Of a DNA stretch of 64,000 nucleotides, positions 47,428 to 61,536 are shown piece after piece. Each line of letters begins with the position of its first letter. Positions within the stretch are counted from its first letter, which is position 1. This DNA comes from the human T2T-CHM13v2.0 reference genome, Homo sapiens, in assembly GCF_009914755.1 (NCBI RefSeq), contig NC_060947.1; one strand, 5' to 3'. The notes under the pieces are model-generated. The model was not told the origin of the DNA and searched no databases. It was given only the letters and a program-made list of their open reading frames with translations. Made by a program: the position numbers and the translations under genes.

Positions 47428-48443
47428 GTATCATTAATTTAAATTTCAACTCAAGAAGAACAAAAACAAAAAATGTATTTTTTAAAGCCAAAGAGAGACT
47501 AGTAGCCAGCAGAGAATAAATACGAGAACAATTCTTTTGAGAATTTAAATATAAGGTACTATATTGCCTCCTAACTTATTTGATTCATGTCTTATTTATT
47601 ATAAATACTTTTTTGATTAGAGGCAACAACATGTCATTGTGAAAAGAACATTTGACTAAGCATCAGCACTTCTGGGTTTTAGTCTTGACTTTTCCATGAA
47701 CTTTGTTGTGTGACACTTAACCTCTCATGGATCCCCGAGTGTCATTCAGGAAGATTAAACAAAATGATTTCAAATCATCTGTCTCAAAATTCTGTGAATA
47801 TAAGGATTTAAGTAATTAGAAGCTTGTAGTAACAGGACTAACACTGTCAATAAGCTTTAGGACCTTTAAGTTTTAATGTGGGAAAATGTAAGAAATTAGG
47901 AGGAAATTATGCTTTTAAGATCATGAATTTTGACTTACTAATTTTAATGCATAATAGGCTGTTAGGGGTCATTGCTTCTTTTCTGTTATCAGGAACACAA
48001 GGGCAGCATGCTCAGTGTCAGTGATGGTAAGCACAAAACCAAATACATTAGCAGAAACACTGTCCCAGGCTATGAAATTCTTGAGTGTAGTAGTTGGCGT
48101 TTGAATCATGTAACAGACACTTAGTGATTGTTGAAGGCATGAATGGCTTAATGAAGGCTGGTGATTTTTGTTGTGTTTTTCCCCACCATGAGAGTTTGAC
48201 ATGTAAAGGGATTGTAGGAGTTTTCCAGGCCTTATTGGGATGAAGTTCACATGACCTTTATTTACTTGCAACTATTTGCTTTCTCAAGCTATTTGAAAAT
48301 CTTAGTCTTTGCTGTATATAAATATAATTTTAATATTGGGTTAAAATTGGAATTTTATTCTATTACATTAGTTTTTCAAGTTTAAAAAGTTTTTCTCCTT
48401 CAATTCTCTGTACTCGTATGAACAAGAAATTCTTCCTGTGTTG

Positions 48444-48947
48444 CACGTATGTTTATTACGGCATTACTCACAATAGCAAAGACTTGGAACCAACCCAAAT
48501 GTCCAACAGTGATAGACTGGATTAAGAAAATGTGGCATATGTACACTATGGAATACTATGCAGCCATAAAAAATGATGAGTTCACGTCCTTTGTAGGGAC
48601 ATGGATGAAGCTGGAAACCATCATTCTCAGCAAACTATCACAAGGACAAAAAACCAAACACTGCATGTTCTCACTCATAGATGGGAATTGAACAATCACT
48701 CATAGGTGGGAATTGAACAATGAGAACACTTGGACACAAGAAGGGGAACATCACACACTGGGGCCTGTTGTGGGGTTGGGGGAGCGGGGAGGGATAGCAT
48801 TAGGAGATATACCTAATGTAAATGACAAGTTAATGGGTACAGCACACGAACATGGCACATGTATACATATGTAACAAACCTGCACGTTGTGTAAATGTAC
48901 CCTAGAACTTAAAGTATAATAAAATATATATATATATATATATATAA
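48444..48947 (+). mobile_element. L1PA (about PA4-PA5) 3' end with a (TA)n tail
   Basis: ORF2 C-terminus MFITALLTIAKTWNQPKCP...; TSD aagaaattcttcctg at 48424-48438 and 48948-48962. Confidence 0.96.
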
Positions 48948-49339
48948 AAGAAATTCTTCCTGAGTTGGAGAATGTGTATATGGAATAATAATTTTAAATA
49001 CTAATTTAAATTCTGTTTCTGAATGTTACTCTTTCAAAGTTACCTATGATTGTTCAACAGTTGTGTCTTGTTAGGGAACCATCATAAGAGTGCAAAATTT
49101 CTAGCTCAACAGAAATCTGTCAAGTACTAAGATACTAAACATACTATATTTAGTGAGGCGTATACTTACAGTTCTCACAACTTAATATCAGAATAAATGT
49201 ATGATATTTTATAAAAAACAAAGCCTCCCTTGTTCCCCCAGTACAATGCACATGTCATCCTACATTGGCACAGAGTTGCAGAACTTATAATACTGAATTA
49301 TACTAATATTCAAATAAAACAATAAAATAAAAACATACT

Positions 49340-49660
49340 GGCTGGGTGCAGTGGCCCATGCCTGTAATCCCAGCACTTTGGGAGGCCGAGGCAGGCAAAT
49401 CACGAGGTCAGGAGTTCAAGACCAGCCTGGCCAACATGGTGAAACCCCATCTCTACTAAAAATACAAAAAATTAGCTGGGCGTAGTGGTGCGCACCTGTA
49501 GTCCCAGCTACTTGGGAGGCTAAGGCAGAAGAATCACTTGCACCGAGGAGTCAGAGGCTGCAGTGAGCTGAGATTGCATCATTGCCCTCCAGCCCTGGCG
49601 ACAGAGTGAGACTTCGTTTCAAAACAAAACAAAACAAAACAAAACAAAACAAAACAAAAA
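49340..49660 (+). mobile_element. Alu (AluS-type) with an (AAAAC)n tail
   Basis: ggctgggtgcagtggcccatgcctgtaatccc...; tail aaaacaaaac repeats. Confidence 0.95.
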
Positions 49661-50231
49661 CCCATACTTTATTCTTTAGACATTTTAATTGAAATATTAT
49701 TTATATCAATAAATATTTAAACATGTACACAACTGTTTATCAAAATAAACTTTCATTACTATTTTCCATGCTATTGATAATAAGCCTGAATTGTTTAAAC
49801 TGTATTTAAATTGTAACTTTCACATCATTGTTGCCATCTTAAGATGTATATCTATCTGTTGCTTCCTTAATTTATCTTGATTTTATATTTTATACTCTTA
49901 TTCCTTGTATATACGTATATACCCAAAAAGTATAAATTTCTTTTTGTAAAGCTTTTTTTAACCTTATCAGCCTTGAGTTCTTTCCTGCATCAAATGAATT
50001 TTCTGACTTTTTAAACTAAAGATATTTTTATTCATTTGTTCCAGTATACTTGGAAGAATAATTGAACAGTACCCCACTTACTTAGAAAAGCAAATAAAAA
50101 TACTTTAAGTAGCTCAATAATGCCTAAGTGTGCTTCCAGACTGACATAAGAGTTTTTTCTGTCCCTTAGCTTTTTACCACTGTTTGCACTTAGAACACTT
50201 TCTGCATTTCTTTTTTAAAAAAACAATAGCT

Positions 50232-50539
<308 letters not shown>

Positions 50540-51182
50540 CTAAAACTTCATGTATTAATCTTAAAAGTATCTGATAAATTCAGATATAATGAAAGAAATC
50601 TATTCAGACATAATGAAAGAATGCTATCTTATTATTGGTTAATGTCTTAATGTGGGATTATTATTTTTTGAATCCCCACATTAAAATGTTGCTTTATTTT
50701 GTGCTAAATATGCTCTGCTCTGATCTTTTTCCCCTTTAAAGCTTATATTTAGGTAAACCAGCGTGTATGTGTGTGTGTATATATATATGTATGTGTGTGT
50801 GCGTGTATGTGCAGATAGATAGTATAGAACAGAATACAAAAACTTTGCATTTCAGCCTGAGAATATGATGTATTATATTCATATTTGAAATTAATATAAA
50901 CTACCTGAGAAAAAAAACACACAATACCATAAAATTCAGCATATGACACTCTTCAGTTTTAAAAGATTAAGTCATGGCTACCCTTGTCTGTTATTCAGTC
51001 ATTAATCCTTTGTCACCTTGGGTAGTTTATAACAGAATCCAGAAAGTCAGTTAAACATTTATTTCCATTTCATGTTCTCTGTAGCTTTTTTAAGGCATAT
51101 CATTTACTATTCTTTAATTTTAGGTACAAATTTTTCTTCTATTTTTAGAAATAAAGATAAATATAATTTAAAATACCTCGGG

Positions 51183-51482
51183 GGCTGGGTGCAGTGGCTC
51201 ACGCCTGCAATCCCAGAACTTTGGGAGGCCGAAGTAGGTGGATTACCTAAGGTCAGGAGTTAAAGACCAGCCTGACCAATATGATGAAACCCCATCTCTA
51301 CTAAAAATACAAAAAGTAGCCGGGCGTGGTGGCGTGAGCCTGTAGTCCCAGCTGCTCAGGAGGCTGAGACAGAATTGCTTGAACCCGGGAGGCGGAGGTT
51401 GCAGTGAGCCGCCACTGCACTCCAGCCTGGGCAACAGATCGAGACTCCATCTCAAAAATAAAATTAAAATAAAATAAAATAA
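51183..51482 (+). mobile_element. Alu (AluS-type) with small right-arm deletions
   Basis: Alu consensus; gtgagccgccactgcac lacks the usual gagatc segment. Confidence 0.93.
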
Positions 51483-53158
51483 TTTGATATGAATATTGCG
51501 AAAATAGCAAATAATAACAGTGGTTACTAGTCATCTTCTAGCTAGTATAGAGTTGTCCTTTTGCTGGTAAAATTGCTCTAAGTTTTCCCAGACAGCCATG
51601 TCTTTCACAGTCTCAGTTCTAATATTCCTTATCTAAACTACATTCTAAATTGCAAGAACACTTGCAAGCCTGCCTTATATTTTGTTATACTATGTAGTTT
51701 AAACATGTTATATAACATCCATCTAATGTAGACATTGATTTTAAACAATACAAAATGAAATTGATCAAAAAAAGTCCAGTGCTAAGCATAGAAACAGAAT
51801 TAGCACAATAATGATTAGGAATTCAAGTCCTTCTGCCATGCTAATGACCTTGGTCTATTTAGCCTCCTTCTCACATCTGTTAAACTCGCTATAATACCTA
51901 CTTTAGGAAGTTGTTATTAGGATAAACGAGATAATAAATATGAAGTATTTAGCATTGTGCCAGACACATGGTAGGTGATCTACAAATTATAGCTAATAAT
52001 AATGTTGTTGAATTATAATAAAAGGGTATTTTTCTTGCTATTTTATGATTTTCTTTTTCTAGAATATGCTTAGGTAGTAATAGATAATATTGTGTTTTAA
52101 AATATAAATTATAATAATATAATGTCTCACATGATTTCACTTAATGAATAGCATTGACCAAATTCAGGTTTTGTAAGATACATTAAATAACTTCCCTGGA
52201 ACTTTCCTATAGTGCTGCTAATGTGGTTTCCTGCAGTAACTTGATGTATGATGCAGTAATGAGTATAGAATTAGCATGTAAAGCAAGACCATTTTATACC
52301 CCTTCTAATTGCCTTATTTAGTTAAGTGCCAAATGCTACAATATAAAGTTTCTAGCGTATTATCTCTAAAACAGGAAGCAAAGTTCTAATGGGGTTTCTT
52401 TTCTAATTCTATTTTTTAAGACCTTTAATCTGTTAACTCCTGATAGCTTTGCTGGTAAAGTCAATGTGTTTACTCACCTTTTGTATTCCTAGCAGCACCT
52501 AGCACATAGCAAGCATTTGGCAAACAAAATTACTCAAGAGGAATCTGAGAAGACGTTTTTGCAACTTAATATGATGAATTTAATTGGTATTTTCTTTTCC
52601 CTAAAATGTCTACAGTCTGGTATTTCTGCCTTTCCTTTTTCCACTCCAGTTCTATAAAACTACCAGTGCCTGAATAGGAGAGCTACTGTTGCTCATTACA
52701 AGAGTGTTATATGAGGCCTTGAATGTTGTAAGAAATATACATATGTATATATAGACAGAGAGCCATTTATATACATCCATTACTTTCCTATTTATGTATT
52801 GGACTCTTTTGAAATATGCTTCAATTTGTAGAAACCACAAGGGTTCTTTTTAACATACTGACTTCGTACCCTTCAGATTAGCATGCTATCCAAGTATCCT
52901 GTATAGAAACCCTTCAGCATTCACAGTGTTATCTCCCCTACTTGAGATAAAGAGAAAATAAGAATGAAAATATAACCACATAGGTAAGGGAAGGAATAGC
53001 TAAAAGATTTAATTCTGCCATTATTTTTCTTCCTGTCAAACATAGAATTTGAACCGCAGCCAGTTTTTATATGTTAAGTACTGCCATTCTGTCCTTTCTC
53101 CATGGCTGCTGATGTATATTTTTAAGACAAATTTTTAAAAATACAGAGAATGGGATTC

Positions 53159-53319
53159 CAGGATGGGCCACATAATTTGTGAGACCTAGTACAAAATGAA
53201 AATGCCAAGCCCCTTGTTCAAAAACAATTAAGAATTCTAGGATAGCAACAGCAGAGCATAAAACCAAGTGTAGGCCCATGTGCAACTGCACAAGTCACCC
53301 TCCCACAAAGCTGGCCCTG
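53159..53319 (-). mobile_element. MER45A-like hAT-Tip100 DNA transposon
   Basis: cagg...acataatttg...aaaatgaaaatg...ccccttgttcaaaaa...cagcagagcat...gctggccctg. Confidence 0.8.
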
Positions 53320-54064
53320 AAGGGTTTCCTATTTCAGGGGAATGATCTTCCTGTTGGCACTTTGCCTAGCAGCTTTTCAGAGTAAATACCTTCATTGTAT
53401 CTAAGAGCATTGAGACCTGAGCGTCAGAGAGAGTAAAGAGATGTGAACTGTCCATCATGGCCATGCAGCTAGACTAACCAGTGTAGTTACTGATCATTGT
53501 AAGATGGTCAGCAAGGTAATTCAATTAAGAATAATGAGATAATTCATACCATGAATAGGATTTCAGTATTTTAAGGGTTGAGAAAGCAACAGAGGAGGAA
53601 AAAGCATTTATTGGGTGTCTTTTTTGGATAGGAGCCATATTGAACTCTTTTTAATGCATTATCATGTCTTAGCATGTCAGCCATATAAAGTAATCTTTAT
53701 TAGCTCATTTCATTTTCTATCTGAGGAAAGTGAATCTCAAGGATATAAAATAACTTGTTTATAGTCACACAGCAATCATTGGCAGTGTGGTGATTGCCCA
53801 CAACTGTCTTCAGATCAAGCCCATGTTCTTTCTATGGGTATTGGTACCATGAGGCTGTCTCTCTTGAGGGGCTGATAGACACAATAAAAGTACAGACTTG
53901 AGAAGCAGATGCAAACAGCACTAGCACAATTAGCGAAATTTAGCATGACAGTTTCTTTAGTGTAAAGAATCTGAACCCAGCACAAAGTGAGGCCATGGAC
54001 CAAGGACAGAACATAGTAAATAAAAAGAGAGTTCTTATTATCTTGACCAGACAGGAGAAACTGT

Positions 54065-54664
54065 TGTGAGGGGAAAATAAATCTCGGGATCCCCAAATCA
54101 CTAAGCCAAGGGAAAAGTCAAGCTGGGAACAATGTCAGTCAAACCTGCCTCCCATTTTATTTCTAAATACGGTAGCTACAAAGATAAGAAGCTACATACC
54201 TCCCTCACAATTTGCCCACAAGGAAATACCTTGTGGACAAAGGACAGACAGAACTCAAAGTCATTCCTCTGAGGCTCACCTGAGACAAATGCATATCTGA
54301 TTGCTTCCTCTGCCCTCTTTGTTTATATAAAAATGCAGATTCACTGAGCCAGACTAAATTTTGTATTCAGTGGAAGGCTGATCAAAGACTCAAAAGAATG
54401 CAACCTTTTGTCTGTTATCTACTTCTAACCTGGAAGCCCCCACTTCGAGTTGTCCTGCCTTACAGGACTGAAGCAGTGTACATCTTACACATATTGATTG
54501 ATGTCTCATGTCTCTCTAAAATGTATAAAAGCAAGCTGTACTCCAATCACCATGGGTACATGTCATCAGGACCTACTGAGGCTGTGTCACGGGCGTGTCC
54601 TTAACCTTGGCAAAATAAACTTCCTAAATTGACTGAGATTTGTCTCAGATATTTTGGGTTAACA
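54065..54664 (+). mobile_element. MER4A-like ERV1 solo LTR (600 bp)
   Basis: TG...CA ends; 4-bp TSD CTGT at 54061-54064 and 54665-54668; tgtataaaa and aataaa signals. Confidence 0.9.
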
Positions 54665-55668
54665 CTGTCTACCTCACAGTAGACTAATAACAGTGGCTAC
54701 AGAACAAATGTAACATGTTGGAGATGGATAGATGATAATACCTTGATTGCAAAATAATAGTTCCTCCTATAGTTAAAGCAAAAAAAAAAGTTTCAAATGA
54801 TGAAAATCAGGCTTCAGTAAATACAATGAGAGTCTGTGAAGCATCTGAGGGCCAGCATATTTTAGGGCAGTATATTTCAAGCTTCTTCACTCCTATTCTA
54901 CTTTCTTCATGATTTTGCCATGTGTAAGCCTTAAAATACCATGATAGCTGTAACACATATTTTACATTTATTGTTTCATACAGTTAGTACGAATGGATTT
55001 ATCCTGACAAAAGCACTAGCTTTCTGTCCTTAGTAAAGCCACTCTACTAATTGTTTAAGCTCATTTGCTCTTCAGTTCATTCAACTAATATTTATTGAAT
55101 GCTTTGTATTTTCTAGGATTTGTCTACCTGATGTAGGTGGTAGGTGGGGGTGGAGGGAAAAAGATAAGAAGACAGAGATGAGTAGGGCATGGTACCTGCC
55201 TCAGAGGGATTCAGAATAAAATAGTTTCGCAGTTTCAGATTGTTCATAGAATGCTGAGAAAGCAGGATTGAGACTTTGCCTGGAGGAGGTGGGAAACTTT
55301 ATACAAAGTTGAGCAGGAAAGTCTAGATAAATAAGTAGGAAGAGTTTGTTAAGCTTATTTGGAAGATTCATCTTTCCTGGATCTTGGCCAGATTTTTTTT
55401 AACTTTTCTGACCATGAATTAAAAGACTTCGAGATTTTTTATAGTGTTCAGTTCAATCTTGTGGTTGTAATCAGGAGGTTCTCAGATTAAGTTTGTTTAA
55501 CCATCATTTTTTGTAGGTATGGTAAATCAAATAATAGAAACAGTATAACCATAACTAATGAATATTTTGGCATATAGTTCTTACACTCATAATTTAGAAT
55601 ATAGGTGTGTTGTGTGTAAATGTGTTTCCATTTCACCTGAATTTCTTTGTACAGATTTTACAGAATAA

Positions 55669-55947
<279 letters not shown>

Positions 55948-58900
55948 TAGAGAGCTAATGATGTGGACAAAGCAGCCTCTGAATGTGGGAATCTATGAAT
56001 TTCAACAGACACTGAACATTTTGGTATTTTTTTCCTGGAGGAGTTATGGTAGTGGAAGTTTGTGATGCATGATAAGAAGTTTTATGAAGATAAATGAAAA
56101 TGAAGGAGAATTGAAAATGGTGACTTCTGAATTAATTTAATTTGGTACTCATTTAGCTTCAATTACATTCTTTCACCTCCCTCCCTACCAAAGTTCCTTA
56201 GGTTTAAAGGAAGTTTAAGAGTTTTATAATAAACACCACAATGTTACCTGCTCATGAAAGTTGGTTTTTTGTTTGTTTGTTTTGTTTGTTTTACTTTGGT
56301 TTGTTCTGGTTTTAATAGTTATTCCTTCCCCTAGGGTGGGTTAGCTAAACAAAACTGATATTCTTTATAACTCGCATTCATTCTTAGAAGGGTAAGTAAG
56401 CACGTGGATATTGCCAACACTAGATGTCTATGAGTTGTATTTTTTTATTATGTAATAATAAATATAATCATGTTTGATATTTTGTTCACCTGATTAAAAA
56501 GTGTATTGGTTCTAGATTTAACCCAAGAGAGAGATTTTTTAAAATATAAGTCTATAGGAAGAAAGCATATAAAAATTGATATTGAGACAGAAAACAAGAA
56601 ACTGGCTAGAGAATATCTTAACTACTACACAACTATTACATGTTAGTTTGGTGCTATAGTGTTTCCACTTTCTCCCTGTATATGAATTTACCAATTAATG
56701 ATATTTTGGAAAATAGAAATCTTGACAACTAGCATTAATAATTGAATTCAGATAATATATTCTTTAAGATCTCTAAGCAAGTTTAACTTTTTCTGTGGCT
56801 TTTCTTTTTCATACATCTATATAACTGTTCAGAAGGCAAAGCCTTTATTGACTACCACTGATTTTTCAGTTTGAGGCCATCTATCCTAGAGAGTAAGTTT
56901 TCTGCAGATATGTGGCAAATTAATTCTGGTTATCTGTAGTTCCTAGTGCTGTTGTGGCTTTTATGGGTGTTTTCCTGGGAAGGAATATGATGAAAATCAG
57001 CATATCAGACATAGCATGCCATCATTGTGATCTGTAAGTGCTATATCTAATGTTGATTACATTTAGAACTTCTGTTAAGTAATTATAATCTAAAATTTTT
57101 TTATTCCTTTTAGTTACATCTACAAAGTCCAGTTTTATTTTTAAAACACTTCAATCTATAGCAATAAGGATTGGCCTTTCTATGTATCCCCTTTTAGTAG
57201 TTATAAGGGAAAGGAAGTCCCCTAAGCATGATTTTTAGAGTGAAAAATTATGAACTAATACAACATTGTATTAAACTAGAAGTCAGAACACCCAGATACA
57301 AATAACTTACATAAAATATAACTATGAGAGTGATCTTGAAGAGATGGGAGAGTAAATTTAACCACCTTGGCCTTGATCTAGTCATGTAGGTGAGGGAGAT
57401 GAGGAGATCATCTTTAAAGCTCCTTCTGGCTCTTAGTCTGTGGTTCTAAAAAGAAAAAAGCCTGACTTTTTTTCTCTAATTTCCACTGAAATCATTGGGA
57501 GAAATAACCTTGTAAAATAAGTCAAAACAATGCTAATTAATGGGCTTTATGAAATCTTGATTTTTTAAGGAAGGTATAGCCCTGGACAGGTCCTTTATTG
57601 TTTTCATTTGAAAGAGGTAGATCTGGGAACTTAAAATGCTAAGAACCAGATTCAGTTAAACAGTTTAGGAGAGAGCTAGAAGAGAAAAGAAATGAATGCC
57701 CATCACTTGCCAGGTATTTTTCTCACACCTCTATAGAGTAGATATTAATTTTCTCATTTTGCAAATGAGAAAATAAAATTGCACATATTCACCAGTTTGC
57801 TCTGTATCACATATAGACAATAAATAACAGAGGCAGGGTTTAAGTCCAGGTAAATCTAGATGAAGTACATCTGAACAAAGCTTTTTTTACTATTCCACAT
57901 TCAAATTTTGAATTGCTAAACAGGTATGAGAAGCTTAGGAGGATGACTTTAAAACTGAAATTACTTAGAGAAATTTGTTTTTAAAGGACAAGGGGCAGCA
58001 CTTCACTGGGAATTGAAAGGAAGGAAAAGAAAAACTCAAAATGTTGAATATTAATAGAAAGAGTTAAGTATAAAACTATTTTTTGTGATTCGTATCAAAG
58101 GGGAAGTACTAAACAGAGAATTTACATGGCTTATTCAAGGTATCGTTTTAAAACTCAGTCACGTTTAAGTAAGTTTAGTCAGTCACATTTGAAATAAACC
58201 AATTTTAGGATTTTGATTTAGGATTTTGGTAATTAGCCATAGTAAATGTCTAAATGATAAATGAAGGAAAGAAATAGAAAGCGGTGGGAGAATACCAAGA
58301 TTTAATGAAATTTAATTAGCTTAGAAATATCCACAGAAGGTGTTCTTCCAATGTTAGGACAGAACATGTCTCATAGGCAAAAGGTAACTGATTTGTTCTC
58401 CTGCTGATAAACTGGATACATCGTTTATCAGCTTTCTAATTAGTCAAATCTCCTAGAATTTCTTAGGTTTAACAGTCCTAAAGCATTGTAAGGACTGGTG
58501 AGAAACAACCTTAGTTATGATTGAACCATATGAAACTTTCTTCTAAAGTGCTTTTAAACAACAATAATTAGCAGAAAATTAAAGGAAGGAAAATGAGAGC
58601 TATTGAAACAACCAAACTGGATCAGAGCCAAGGCATGAGCCAAATAGAGAGGAAGGGACTGGGGTCATCCCTGGGGAAACCTCTTGGCCTCAGGGAGTTC
58701 TTTTTCTATTTGGGTACTTGGACCATCTCCAAATATGCCTTATTCCACCAACTTGACTGAGAGGTTGCTTTGGCTCCTGTTGGTTAACCAACATTTGGAG
58801 ACAGAGCAAAGCAAATGTCATTTTGGCAACCTGAGCAGGAGAGAGGGAGCTGTGCAAGTCAGCTCTAGAATTAATTAATGAATTTTTAAGAAGAGAGAAA

Positions 58901-59696
58901 AGGAGGAATGAAGGTTTTGATGAAATGGAAAGCCATATTTGTCACGGTTCCAGAAAAAGAGTCATTTGAATTACATGTCCTCCTGCTGTTTGGCCCTTTC
59001 TCAGAGGTGAACAATGAATCAGATGTATTTCTCTGGACCCTTTCTTATTCAGAAGATGATTAGTTTGAAACTCATCCAAGCAACTTATTTCTTCTCTTTC
59101 TTTTGGTGCCTGACTTTTGGCCATTTTTCTCATTACTACTATGAGAGGGAGATTAAAAAAGACAAAGAAGTCAGTTTTGATTATTAAAAGCAGTTACAAC
59201 ATGGTTTATTGAGTTTAGAAGTGAAAATATTACATAAAACAAAATATCTTTATTCTTGTGGCATTTAAAAATTTGTTTTATTTCTACCCTATTGCTTTAT
59301 GTCTATATGTAGATACATCTCTAAGCATTTAAAATTTTTATTCATCTGAAAAAAAATAGCTTTAATATAAATTGTACAATGTTGTCATGATGAGATCCTC
59401 TTCCTATAACTACTAGATACTGTCTTTGGCTTACAATTGTCAGTTAAGTTCCTGGTATTTGTAATAATTATACACAGATAAATTTAGAGTCATAGCTATG
59501 CTGTTTCCATGATTTTTTATTATCCCAATAACTACAGTGTCTTTTCTAAACATTTTTCTTTAAATATTAGGCTTTCTTTATGACCTCATCATTTATAGAA
59601 TCATTTAGAACTCTTGTCAAACACCTTTAATTCGTAGTCAATAGTGAAAGATACATGGAGAAAAATAGAATCAACTTCTGCTTACAGTTGTCAAGA

Positions 59697-60281
59697 TGTT
59701 GACAGCTGTTGTGAAACCTCGGTTCTTCTTAGTTTAAAAGAACTTAAACAAGAGATACACAGCAAAGGAGATGTAGCATAGAGCAATTTATTGCAAAGGA
59801 AAAAGAATATTGTGAAAGTTAGGTGCAGAATAGCCAGTACACCCTGAGAGAGGATTCAGGGCAGGCTGCTCCTGAGGATGAGACCGCCAAGACTGGCACT
59901 AGGGAGACTCCCTTTATGGGAGTCTTACGTGATTATTTATATGGGGGTGGGAAGAGCTGTTACTAGTAAGCATGTTCTGGGTGGTCCTCTGGGTGTGCAC
60001 GTGCACAGTAGCTGTACATGCCTGTTCATATGTTGCATGTCTCTTTAGCATCTTAAATCTCCACCCAGGGCTGTGCTTTTTACTATTATAATGAGCAAAG
60101 GCTTAGTTTGAGGACAGGTAAAATCAAAATGCACGTGCTCCCTCCGGGGGAAATTTCCTAGCTGTGCTTGAATGAGCTTGACTACATTGTGAATGCTGGG
60201 GCTTATTGTGTTAACCATACATTCGCCACAGTTGCCAAATTCCAAGGACATGTTAATTCCTTGACTACCTATCCTGCCTCA
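59697..60281 (-). mobile_element. ERV1 MER4-group solo LTR (MER51-like)
   Basis: Minus strand starts tgaggcaggataggtagtcaagg and ends ...caaca; 4-bp TSD AAGA at 59693-59696 and 60282-60285. Subfamily uncertain. Confidence 0.8.
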
Positions 60282-60499
60282 AAGAGAGATGGGTAATTGA
60301 AATGAATTTGTAAAATATCAATCCCAGTTATTCTTTTAGCTACATTTCATATACTACATATTTGCTAAAGTGGTCTTAGTCTTTTAGAACAGATATTAAA
60401 AAGTGAATGTTTGACTTTAATATCTACAGTCATCAAATATTCTAATAAGAAAAGTTAAGGTGTACAACTCTCCTAACTGTAAATAAAGCCATAAATCAG

Positions 60500-60715
60500 G
60501 AGCCCAGTGGTTGAGAGTGTGGACTCTGGAGTCAGACTGCCTGGGCTTGAAAGCTGGCTTCACCACCTTGGGCAGACTCCCCAGCCTCTCTGTGCCTCAG
60601 TTTCCTTATCTCTAAAACAGAGATAATGATAGTTTCCACTACATAGACTATTGTGAAATAAGTGCAAGACACTTAAAACAGTCCCTGGCACATTGTAACA
60701 AGTAGATATTAATGG
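60500..60715 (+). mobile_element. MIR SINE
   Basis: gtggttgagagtgtggactctggagtcagactgcctggg...ctctctgtgcctcagtttcctt. Confidence 0.85.
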
Positions 60716-60831
60716 TGGTGATAGATAATGATGGATGATAATTATTTTGTGTGTCCGAACAGTGTATTTTGTTTTGTTCACTTTTTCCACTTTATCCTCT
60801 CACAACCCTTATATGTCAAAAACTAAAAATT

Positions 60832-61170
<339 letters not shown>

Positions 61171-61188
61171 CTAGCTCTTACAAATGTG

Positions 61189-61536
61189 CAGTCATGCTTC
61201 ATTTAATGACGGGATTCCATTCCGAGAAATGCATCCTTAGGTAATTTCATCATTATGTGAACACCATAGAATGTACTTACACAAACCTAGATAGTACAGC
61301 CTACTACAAACCTAGGCTAGATGATAGAGCCTATTGCTCCTAGTCTACAAACCTGTATAGCATGTTACTGTACTGAATACTGTAGGCAATTGTGACACAG
61401 TGTTAAGTATCTGTGTATCTAAACATATCTAAACATGGAAAAGGTACAATAAAAATATCATTACATAATTATATGGGACCACCATCGTATATATAGTTCA
61501 CTATTAACCAGGACGTCATTATGCATCACATGACTG
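61189..61536 (+). mobile_element. Tigger3a/MER7A-like DNA transposon
   Basis: TIRs cagtcatg...catgactg followed by TA; homologous to 3410-3728. Confidence 0.9.

Noticed and set aside
54217-54237. Hairpin ccacaagg-aaata-ccttgtgg
   Set aside because: It lies inside the MER4A-like LTR and, as I recall, is part of its consensus.
59960-60045. p53-like half sites (aagcatgttc, gtacatgcct) in the ERV1 LTR
   Set aside because: The half sites are not paired into a convincing full response element.
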